A stretch of DNA of 64,000 nucleotides, from NCBI GenBank assembly GCA_029978905.1, contig JAPOIM010000001.1, positions 21,564-85,563 of the forward strand. The letters run 5' to 3'. Each line of letters opens with the position of its first letter. Position 1 is the stretch's first letter. The notes beneath the pieces are model-generated. The model made no database searches and had not been told where the DNA came from. It saw only the letters and a list, made by a program, of their open reading frames with translations. The position numbers and the translations under genes are program-made. Positions 31,884-39,510 of the stretch are shown here, in pieces. This stretch comes from Planctomycetota bacterium. GTDB taxonomy: Bacteria > Planctomycetota > Planctomycetia > Pirellulales > UBA1268.

Positions 31884-33607
31884 CAGCCAATGATCGATCG
31901 CCGCTGCTGAAGGTAGTCCCAAACGACAAACCGGTCGAGTTCCCTGCCTGCCGCGAAAAACACACGCCCCTGGGCCGTCTGGGCGAGCCGGTAGGCAAAC
32001 TGAATGTCCTCGCTCGACTGCGACCAGCCGGAGAGGAGAAAAATGTTGACCACGATCCCTTCGCGTCGACAGGCCTCTGCCTCGCGGATGGTGGCCTCTT
32101 CGGTCCGACGGTGCGGTGGATAGAGCAGGTAGAGTTCGCTCCCCTCGAAGTGCGCGGTCGGCAAGCCGTCGGTGATCACAATCACCTGACGGTTGGGCGT
32201 GTCCTGCCTGGCGAGGTGTCGTCTGGAAAGCGAGAGCGCGTGCTGGATGTTGGTGAAGTGCGGGGGGATGTCTGCCTCGGTGATCTTCGGATCGGCCATG
32301 TCTGCTTTGAGTCGCACGACGGGATCAAAGATCGTGACCGGCTTTGGCAAGAGGGTGACGAGTTCGCCAAAGGATCGCGGCTTGGCAAACGACGCCATCT
32401 CAATGAACTGAAGAAAGTCGCCAGGGAACTCGCGCTGCACGAGCCCCTGGAGGGCAAGCGCCATCCGCTTCACGCTCACATAGAGTCCTCCATGCCTCAT
32501 CGACCCGCTCATGTCGAGCACCACGCTCGTCGCCGCCTTCGGCGTGTTGCGGGTGTGGTGGACCTCAATGTCGCGCGGCTCCAGCCGCAGCATGCCCTCA
32601 GGCCCACGTGCCCCACCCGTGCGGAGCATCGCATTGACCAACGATCCGGGAATATCCATGTGGGCGACCGAGTCACCAAACTCATACGGCCGCGTGGGCA
32701 CGAGTTCCACGGCCCCCTCTCCGGTGACCCGCACCTCGTGACGGCCCGTGCGCGAGGCCGACATCGCAGAAAAGATCTGCTCCAACAGCTTTCCCTGAAA
32801 CACACGCATCGCCTTCGGGGTGAGCGAGTATCCGCGACGGCCTTTCTCGAGCCCTTGCTCAGCAGCCATCTGCTCCACCATCTGCTGCACCTGCTGCCGG
32901 AGGCGGTCGAGGTCGCCGAACGCACCGCTCGCGCCTTCTTCGTCTGCCATCCGGCCGAGTGCCTGCATGTCGACAAGCCCCACCTTCCCGTTCTTCATGG
33001 CCTCCTCGAGTTGGCGGAGCAGGTCTTCGATCTGCTCGAGTTCCTGCTTGACCTCGAGGGCCGCAGCGACCGACAGACGCTCGCGTCCTGAGAAAGTCCA
33101 ACGGGCGGCAAGCTCATCAACCTCGTAGACCTCCGCGAGATGCTTCATCAGCCGCACGAGGTCACCGGCGAAGCGTCCACGATCGTCGTTTTGGGCGTAC
33201 CACAGCCGCTCGAGGCGACGCAGCTGTTCGTCCGACACCGCCCGCTCAAAGGCCTGCCGATGCCGTGCGGGGGGCTCCGCTCGACTCGCCTGGTCGTGAA
33301 AGAGGTGACGGGCCTGGCGCTGCGCCGCACGCGTTTCGTAGCGTTCGAGAATCTTTTGCCGCCGCTCCAGCAGCATCTGCCGAAGGGCGGCAAGCGACGG
33401 ACCGAGCCCGCGAATCTGCTCCGGATCAAGCACCACGGCTTCAGCAAGTTGCTCGTCGGTCAGCCCGTCGAGATCGCCGAAGGCCAACGCATGCTCCATG
33501 ATCGGGCCGAGAAAATCCTGCCCCGTCGGACGCGGTGGCGGGATCCGCACCGGGTCGTACTTCTGGTAGGCGTGAACAACTCCGCCGAGGGTGTTACGGG
33601 TGGGCAT
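31883..33607 (-). CDS. von Willebrand factor A (vWA) domain protein with long helical N-terminal region
   Basis: ATG verified at 33605-33607. MIDAS motif VVLDMSGSM, and VIVITDG later. Starts 15 nt downstream of the AAA+ gene stop. Confidence 0.8.
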   Translation of the reverse strand: MPTRNTLGGVVHAYQKYDPVRIPPPRPTGQDFLGPIMEHALAFGDLDGLTDEQLAEAVVLDPEQIRGLGPSLAALRQMLLERRQKILERYETRAAQRQARHLFHDQASRAEPPARHRQAFERAVSDEQLRRLERLWYAQNDDRGRFAGDLVRLMKHLAEVYEVDELAARWTFSGRERLSVAAALEVKQELEQIEDLLRQLEEAMKNGKVGLVDMQALGRMADEEGASGAFGDLDRLRQQVQQMVEQMAAEQGLEKGRRGYSLTPKAMRVFQGKLLEQIFSAMSASRTGRHEVRVTGEGAVELVPTRPYEFGDSVAHMDIPGSLVNAMLRTGGARGPEGMLRLEPRDIEVHHTRNTPKAATSVVLDMSGSMRHGGLYVSVKRMALALQGLVQREFPGDFLQFIEMASFAKPRSFGELVTLLPKPVTIFDPVVRLKADMADPKITEADIPPHFTNIQHALSLSRRHLARQDTPNRQVIVITDGLPTAHFEGSELYLLYPPHRRTEEATIREAEACRREGIVVNIFLLSGWSQSSEDIQFAYRLAQTAQGRVFFAAGRELDRFVVWDYLQQRRSIIG

Positions 33608-33622
33608 GCCTCGACCTCAGCT

Positions 33623-35062
33623 TCATAAGCCACCGGTGTCGTAGATGGTGCGGCCGCGCCGCTCGACACGCGAGATCCTCTCAGACGCATACAGACCGGC
33701 GAGCACAAACTCCACACACGAGGCGTGGACGGCAGGATCCTCAGAGGCGTTGACCTCGAAGGCTTTCCCCCACACTTCCGGCACGTCTTCCACGATTCGA
33801 CGATACGCCGTGGAAGGCAGCAGGTCGCTCACCTCAACTTTCACCCCCTCCGCGAACCCGCGAACGATTGGTTCGAGCCCATGGCGGTCGACATACTCCT
33901 CGAAGACCTCTCGAATCGCCTCCGCCACAACCGCCTCGAGCACCTGCCGTTCAGACATCTGATGACTTCCCATCAGGTCGAGTTCGAGTTTCCCCAAGCT
34001 TGAGGTCGCCAGGTGACCGAGGTCGCTGATCCTCGGTACCGCCGGCCGCTCGCCCGTCCGCACACCGCGATGCCGCGCACTCGCCACCACCGTGCGGTAG
34101 TTGGCGATCGAAAACCGAGCGCTGACTCCCGACTGCTGATCGATGAACTTGCTCCGCCGTGCCGCGATCGTGATCTGCTCGAGAACCTCCTCCATGAACG
34201 GGGGCATCCGCACCGGCCAATCCCCCTCGAGATCGACTGCCGCTTCCTGTCGCGTCACCTCCATGCCACGCGCGCGATCTTCGGGATAGTGCGTGTGGAT
34301 CACGCCACCGATGCGATCCTTGAGTTGTGGAATCACCTTCCCCGAGCGGTTGTAGGTCGACGGGTTTGCCGAAAACAGCAGCACGACGTCGATGTCAAAC
34401 TTCACGGGGTAGCCACGGATCTGCACATCCCGCTCTTCGAGGATGTTGAACATTCCCACCTGCACGAGTTCATCAAGTTCGGGAAGTTCGTTCATGGCGA
34501 AGATCCCACGGTGCATCCGCGGGATCAGCCCCAGATGCAACGCTTCTTCACTGGCCATGCTCACCCCGCCGGCAAGTTTGGCAGGGTCGATCTCACCGAT
34601 GATGTCGGCGAACTTGGTACCCGGGGCCAGCCGCTCGGCGTACCGCTGGTCACGATGCCACCAGGCGATCGGGACGTCCTCAGGAGCCCTCACTTCCACA
34701 AGCCGCCGGCCTGCGGTGGTGATGGGCTTCTCAGGATCGTCGTGGAGCGGGATCGCTGGATCGTCGAGGTAGGGAATCCACTCGTCGAGAAAACGTGTCA
34801 GCAACCGCATGAGGCGACTCTTCGCTTGCCCTTTCTCGCCTAAGAAAAGCAGGTCATGCCCCGCGAGCAGCGACACATTGATTTCAGGGATCACGGTGTC
34901 GTCGTAGCCCACGATGCCGGGGAACAGTTCCTCCCCAGCCGCCAGCATCCGCAGGAAGTTCTCGCGTATCTCTTGCTTAACCGTCCGGCTTCTCCAACCG
35001 CTGGCCCGCAGGGCAGCGAGGGTGGAGGGAAGGGCAGGGGAGGGCATTTGCATGGGCGACAT
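33623..35062 (-). CDS. AAA+ ATPase of the Mg-chelatase ChlI/BchI-like (MoxR-related) type
   Basis: ATG verified at 35060-35062. Walker [12 protein letters not shown], Walker-B-like [12 protein letters not shown] and [13 protein letters not shown], as in ChlI-type ATPases. Confidence 0.75.
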   Translation of the reverse strand: MSPMQMPSPALPSTLAALRASGWRSRTVKQEIRENFLRMLAAGEELFPGIVGYDDTVIPEINVSLLAGHDLLFLGEKGQAKSRLMRLLTRFLDEWIPYLDDPAIPLHDDPEKPITTAGRRLVEVRAPEDVPIAWWHRDQRYAERLAPGTKFADIIGEIDPAKLAGGVSMASEEALHLGLIPRMHRGIFAMNELPELDELVQVGMFNILEERDVQIRGYPVKFDIDVVLLFSANPSTYNRSGKVIPQLKDRIGGVIHTHYPEDRARGMEVTRQEAAVDLEGDWPVRMPPFMEEVLEQITIAARRSKFIDQQSGVSARFSIANYRTVVASARHRGVRTGERPAVPRISDLGHLATSSLGKLELDLMGSHQMSERQVLEAVVAEAIREVFEEYVDRHGLEPIVRGFAEGVKVEVSDLLPSTAYRRIVEDVPEVWGKAFEVNASEDPAVHASCVEFVLAGLYASERISRVERRGRTIYDTGGL

Positions 35063-35264
35063 CCTTGGCGGGCGGACATGCTCTGATTGTAGACCGCTGC
35101 CGCCAAGGCACAGGGCGGCAGCCGCCGCTCGAAGAGCACCGCGGCGAAAATGTCGAGATTGAAAGGCTGGCAGTCCGCCTCCCTCGGATCGGGCCGAACT
35201 ATACTTCCGGTCAGGAGAGGCGAGCACCTCCTCCGAGCACCATCACAGCGCGAGATTCACGACG

Positions 35265-35570
35265 ATGAGCGACCTGATCACTGTCCGTAGGATTACGGTA
35301 GTCACCCACAATCGGCTTGAGGAAACGCTCGTCAACCAGTTCGCCCAGTTTGGAGCGAAGGGCTACAACGCAATGGACTGCCGAGGTCGTGGCGAACACG
35401 AACTGCTTCAGGACGTCTTTGCGGGTGCCACGCGCGTCCGGATTGAGGTGATCGTTCAGCCCGACGTCGCCGACAAGATCTTGGCGTTCCTGGCGGAACC
35501 GCAGTTCGCGCATCAGCCAATGATGGTGAGCGTGGAAACGCTCGAGGTTCCCGCGTCGGCAAACGTGTAG
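35265..35570 (+). CDS. PII-like (GlnB-fold) small signalling protein
   Basis: 101 aa. The pattern ITVVTHNRLEETLVNQFAQFGAKGYNAMDCRGRGE...VRIEVIVQPDVADKILAFL follows the beta-alpha-beta-beta-alpha-beta PII layout with a short T-loop. Confidence 0.5.
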   Translation: MSDLITVRRITVVTHNRLEETLVNQFAQFGAKGYNAMDCRGRGEHELLQDVFAGATRVRIEVIVQPDVADKILAFLAEPQFAHQPMMVSVETLEVPASANV

Positions 35571-35595
35571 GGCGGAGCGCCGTCGGCGTTCCGTC

Positions 35596-36441
35596 CTACG
35601 ACGCGAGCGGAAAGCGGATGGTGATCGCCGTTCCCTTGCCTGGGCTGCTTTCCACCCTGATACGTCCCCGGTGGGCTTCGACGATTTCAAGGCAGGCGGC
35701 TAAGCCGAGACCACTGCCTCCCTTGCCTGTCTCATCCGGGCCCTCTTTGGTCGAGAACTGCGGTTCGAACATTCTTCGCATCACCTCCGGCTCCATCCCG
35801 CAGCCCGTGTCGCGAACCGTCAGGTCAACCGCTCGCCCCTGCGCCGAAGAACTCAGCCGAAGAATCAGGCGACCACCCCCGTCCATCGCCTGCCGCGCAT
35901 TCACCATGAGGTTCAGCAGGACCTGCTGGATCTGGCCGGGGTTTCCTTGAATCCGCGGCACTTCCGCAAACTCCCGCTCAACCTGCACCCGGTATTTCAT
36001 CATCTCCCGCTCGAGGAGCACGAGCGCGTCTTCGATCACCGCTTCAAGGTTGACCGGCTCCATGCGACTGCTGCGGCTGCGAGCCATTCCCAGCACACTC
36101 GAGGTGATTCTGGCAGCTTTGGTACTGGCTGACAGGATGCGGTTGAGGGCCTTGTCGCGTGTGGGCTCGTCTTTGTGTCGCAGCCCCATCTTGGCGTAGT
36201 TGAGGATCGTGGTCAGGGCGTTGTTGAACTCGTGCGTCGTGGTGCCAAGCAGTTCCCCCAGCGTGGCCGATTTCTGCATGTTGAGCAGTTGCTGGCGGAG
36301 ATCGATCACCTCCTCGGCGAGCTGGTCGCGCTCGGCTTCGATCGAGAGGGGCTCGGAATCCTCCGCATCCACGAAGTGGGGGGATGGGCCTGCCGGCCTA
36401 CCGGGCTCGATTCCTCGGGGTGTCGCCTCCCGCATGACCAT
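35596..36441 (-). CDS. Soluble sensor histidine kinase (HisKA + HATPase_c), no adjacent response regulator
   Basis: H-box TTHEFNNALTTI, N-box LLNLMVNARQAM, G1 DTGCGM, G2 GSGLGL. The track start at 36561 is TTG. The codons between 36442 and 36549 are AT3-rich and contain a TTTGGCAC repeat, so I prefer ATG 36441 (or 36435). The start is uncertain. Confidence 0.8.
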   Translation of the reverse strand: MVMREATPRGIEPGRPAGPSPHFVDAEDSEPLSIEAERDQLAEEVIDLRQQLLNMQKSATLGELLGTTTHEFNNALTTILNYAKMGLRHKDEPTRDKALNRILSASTKAARITSSVLGMARSRSSRMEPVNLEAVIEDALVLLEREMMKYRVQVEREFAEVPRIQGNPGQIQQVLLNLMVNARQAMDGGGRLILRLSSSAQGRAVDLTVRDTGCGMEPEVMRRMFEPQFSTKEGPDETGKGGSGLGLAACLEIVEAHRGRIRVESSPGKGTAITIRFPLAS

Positions 36442-36790
36442 GGATTTTTCCGTTTCCCCAAAAGTGCCAAAAAGAGTGCCAAACCCCGTCGCTTCGAGCC
36501 CTCGCCGTACGCTGCCGCCGAGAACCGCGTCTGCTGCTCGCCAGGCCATTTCGGCCCCCAAAATGCGCCCAGGTGGGCCCGGCTGGGCCCCCCAAGGGTC
36601 TCTGTCGGATTCGTATCGTCCCCAAACAGGGGAGGGCTCTAGAATGATGACGTTGCATCCTTCCGACGCCTGAACCGTTCAACTTTCACGGGCCTAGGCT
36701 GTCTGACTCACCTTTTTGTGCGATTTGCTGAGAAAAGAGCGGCTTCGGGCAAGAACTTCCGCTTCCAACGGTTTTTGGGAACGCAGAGTG

Positions 36791-37513
36791 ATGGGAAAGA
36801 TTGCCAAGATCCAACGGGTCCAAATCTCGCAACGCCGTGGCTTCACGCTCGTCGAACTGCTCGTCGTGATCTCGATCATTGGCGTGCTCATCGGCATGCT
36901 GCTGCCGGCCGTGCAATCGGTCCGTGAGGCCGCGCGACGGACGCAGTGCAAGTCAAACCTGAAGAATGTCGGGCTGGCGATGCAGATGTATCTCGACCGC
37001 GTCACCCAGGGGACGTTTCCGGTCGCAGCCCGGCTCCCCAGCCAAGAACTCGACTTCTACGTGCCAGGTTCTCGCCCCATTAAGCCCAGCATTGCCACCG
37101 TGCTTGGCCCTTACGCGGAAAACAACCGGGCGATCTACCGCTGCCCCTCCGACTTCGACTACTTCCAACGCCCTCCGGAAATGCAGGACACCTACCGCAC
37201 CAAACTGATGGCGATTCCCGCAGCGGACCGTCCCGCCGAGTACCTCGACCTGAGCTACGAGGGCACGAGCTACGAGTACCCCAACCGTCGCCTCGAAGAC
37301 AAAACCCGAGAAGAGGCACTCGCCTACCGGGGAAGTGTGGGGTCGTCGGAAAAACTCTGGGTCTTGTATGAGTTTGAAGGCTTCCATGGGGGCTGGGTGT
37401 CACAGTTCTCGTCGAGCGAAACCGATTTCAACGACCCTGACCCGGACCGCCCCAACCCGACTCCAGGTGCCCGCAACTTCCTTTATCTTAGCGGTCGCGT
37501 CGACAACCTCTGA
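36791..37513 (+). CDS. DUF1559-type protein with prepilin-like N-terminal cleavage/methylation domain
   Basis: ATG verified at 36791. [49 protein letters not shown] is the canonical type IV pilin-like leader plus DUF1559 start. C-terminal [12 protein letters not shown] resembles the family end motif. Confidence 0.85.
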   Translation: MGKIAKIQRVQISQRRGFTLVELLVVISIIGVLIGMLLPAVQSVREAARRTQCKSNLKNVGLAMQMYLDRVTQGTFPVAARLPSQELDFYVPGSRPIKPSIATVLGPYAENNRAIYRCPSDFDYFQRPPEMQDTYRTKLMAIPAADRPAEYLDLSYEGTSYEYPNRRLEDKTREEALAYRGSVGSSEKLWVLYEFEGFHGGWVSQFSSSETDFNDPDPDRPNPTPGARNFLYLSGRVDNL

Positions 37514-37609
37514 GGAACCCGCTCGCACCCACCTCATGGAACGCCACGCACGCCGTTCTGCCTTCCTCTCCCTGCCCGTCATCCCGCCGACCATGTTTGA
37601 GGTTTATCT

Positions 37610-38347
37610 GTGAGCACCACCGCATCCAGGCGGCGTCAGGTTCTGTCTGATCTCACCTCGAGCCAGCGTGGTGCCCGTCGCCGCAGCGGCTGGCGGATCG
37701 CGATGTACGTGGGTGGTGGCTTCGCGGCCCTGCTGCTCCTGATCGCTGTCGGCGGTTGGTACTGGTGGTCCTCGGCGGTCAACGATCCGCGAGTGGTCGC
37801 CATCGTTGAGCAGGGCAACCAAATCCGCGATCAGTTTTTCCCGCCCGGCGACCCGGCGGGTTCCACCAGAGTGATGTCGCAAGAGGATGCCAGCGAGATG
37901 GTGTCTGCGATGGCCTCGATCCGAGAACAGATGGAAACGCTGCCCCAGCACCTCCGACCCGTCGCAGGCATGCAGATCGGCCAGATGTTTTTTTCTGGGA
38001 TGCAGCAGCGGGTCGACACCTACTTCGACACGCCCCCCGCACAGCGACAGGCCGTCTTGGACCAGCAAATCCAGCAGATGGAGATGATGCGGGCTGCATT
38101 CGCGCAGAACGGCCAGGCGTTTGGCGGCCCACCGGGAGGCAGCACCGGAACGCCTCCCGCCGGCTCGGGCAATGGGCAGGCTGGCCCGCCTTGGGCCCGC
38201 GGTGGAGACCAAGGCAGAAGCAACGAGTGGCAGAAGCGGATCATCGACCGCACCAGCCCAGAGCAACGAGCCAAGTGGACAGAATACCGGGATGCTATCG
38301 ACAAGCGCCGCCAGGAACTGGGCTTGAGCGACACGTGGCGGGGCTGA
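37610..38347 (+). CDS. Membrane-anchored hypothetical protein with LTxxQ-like motifs (possible Spy/CpxP-like periplasmic protein)
   Basis: GTG start. One TM helix IAMYVGGGFAALLLLIAVGGWYWW. Motifs TPPAQRQAVL and TSPEQRAKW. Gly/Pro-rich linker. Confidence 0.5.
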   Translation: MSTTASRRRQVLSDLTSSQRGARRRSGWRIAMYVGGGFAALLLLIAVGGWYWWSSAVNDPRVVAIVEQGNQIRDQFFPPGDPAGSTRVMSQEDASEMVSAMASIREQMETLPQHLRPVAGMQIGQMFFSGMQQRVDTYFDTPPAQRQAVLDQQIQQMEMMRAAFAQNGQAFGGPPGGSTGTPPAGSGNGQAGPPWARGGDQGRSNEWQKRIIDRTSPEQRAKWTEYRDAIDKRRQELGLSDTWRG

Positions 38348-38383
38348 CGCGAGGAAGGCGCCGGATGGTGAGGGAGAAAACGC

Positions 38384-38662
38384 ATGTCTGAACTCCTCGG
38401 CTTGCTCGCAGAAGGGATGCAGTTGGCGTCTGACCTTGGCTACCGCGTTCGCGAAGAGCCTCTCGGCGACATGCCGGGCGGGGGCTGCGTGGTCGCTGGT
38501 CAACGACAGATTTTGCTCAATCTCGAGCAGGGCCCCGCCGAACGCCTTGAGCACCTGCTCGACGCGCTGGCCGCCGACCCGCATGTCGGCAACGAACCGA
38601 AGAGCCGCGCGCTCGCGACGCGGCTCCAAGAACGCTCCAGTTCCAACGGTCCCGGCTCGTAA
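38384..38662 (+). CDS. Small hypothetical protein (92 aa)
   Basis: ATG at 38384, preceded by gagggag. Good GC3. No recognisable motif. Confidence 0.5.
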   Translation: MSELLGLLAEGMQLASDLGYRVREEPLGDMPGGGCVVAGQRQILLNLEQGPAERLEHLLDALAADPHVGNEPKSRALATRLQERSSSNGPGS

Positions 38663-38736
38663 CGACGTTGCGCGCGGCACCGGCTCGGCGTCGGCAAGAT
38701 TTTTGGTCCCCACATGCGTGCGAGGCAGCCCAGCGC

Positions 38737-39378
38737 TCAGCCGTGGGCGTCGGCCGTCGCGTCGCGGTAAAGGCCATGCTGCTGTATGAAGGTGGCCACC
38801 GCCGCGGGCACGAGGTAGCGGATGCTGCGACCAGCCCGCACGGCTTCTCGGATCGCAGTGGCTCGCACGCCGACGGCAGGCATCCGCACACAGCTGTCGA
38901 GACACCGCTCAAGAACCGTGGCTCCAAGAAGTTCTCGCAGCGTCGCGTCGTTGCGGAGTTGATCCTCGTCGTCGAGACCACTGCGACTGATCGTGACGAG
39001 CTCGGCAAGTTCTGCGATGCGTCTTGGCCCCCGCCAGGTGGCGAGCCCTCGCACGGCGTCTGGCCCAAGTAGGAGCACGAGCTGGTCGTCCGGGAACCTG
39101 GCCCGCATTTCTGCAAGCGTTTCCACGGTATAACTGATGCCTCCCCGTTCGAGTTCCACGCTCGACACCTCAAACGCAGGGTGGCCGCTCGTGGCAAGTT
39201 CCAGCATCGCGAGCCGATCCGCCGCTGCCGCCGGCGTGCGATAGGTTTTGTGAGGCGATTGGGCTGCGGGCACGAAAATCACCCGGTCGAGTGACGCCTG
39301 CTCGCGCGCCGATTCCGCAGCGATCAGGTGTCCGAGGTGGACTGGATCGAAACTGCCTCCATAAATGCCGATTCGCAT
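38737..39378 (-). CDS. nadD: Nicotinate-nucleotide adenylyltransferase
   Basis: MRIGIYGGSFDPVHLGHL start; ATG verified at 39376-39378. The track extension to 39579 reads through repeat DNA. Confidence 0.9.
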   Translation of the reverse strand: MRIGIYGGSFDPVHLGHLIAAESAREQASLDRVIFVPAAQSPHKTYRTPAAAADRLAMLELATSGHPAFEVSSVELERGGISYTVETLAEMRARFPDDQLVLLLGPDAVRGLATWRGPRRIAELAELVTISRSGLDDEDQLRNDATLRELLGATVLERCLDSCVRMPAVGVRATAIREAVRAGRSIRYLVPAAVATFIQQHGLYRDATADAHG

Positions 39379-39390
39379 GCACCAGACTCC

Positions 39391-39480
39391 ATCTTTGTCG
39401 CGACATACGCCGTCGCGAGAAGCTTTGTCGCGACAGACAAAATCGCGAAGACCTCTGTCGCGACACACCCAGTCGCGTGC
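39391..39480. repeat. Three tandem 30-bp units, each with the perfect palindrome TGTCGCGACA plus a TCGCGA-like core 15 bp later; probable operator array
   Basis: The units are atctttgtcgcgacatacgccgtcgcgaga, agctttgtcgcgacagacaaaatcgcgaag and acctctgtcgcgacacacccagtcgcgtgc. The palindromes lie at 39396-39405, 39426-39435 and 39456-39465. The array sits in the nadD/priA divergent intergenic region. Confidence 0.9.
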
Positions 39481-39510
39481 TGCGAAGACGCGCCTGCGAG
39501 GTGTTGTTTC

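Noticed and set aside
31463-33091. 542-codon plus-strand ORF
   Set aside because: Antisense to the vWA gene and the small membrane gene, which show the MIDAS motif and translational coupling. It also runs through the eno terminator.
39391-39480. Possible CRISPR array
   Set aside because: There are only three directly abutting 30-bp units with no unique spacers, and no cas genes in the window. It fits an operator or tandem repeat, not CRISPR.
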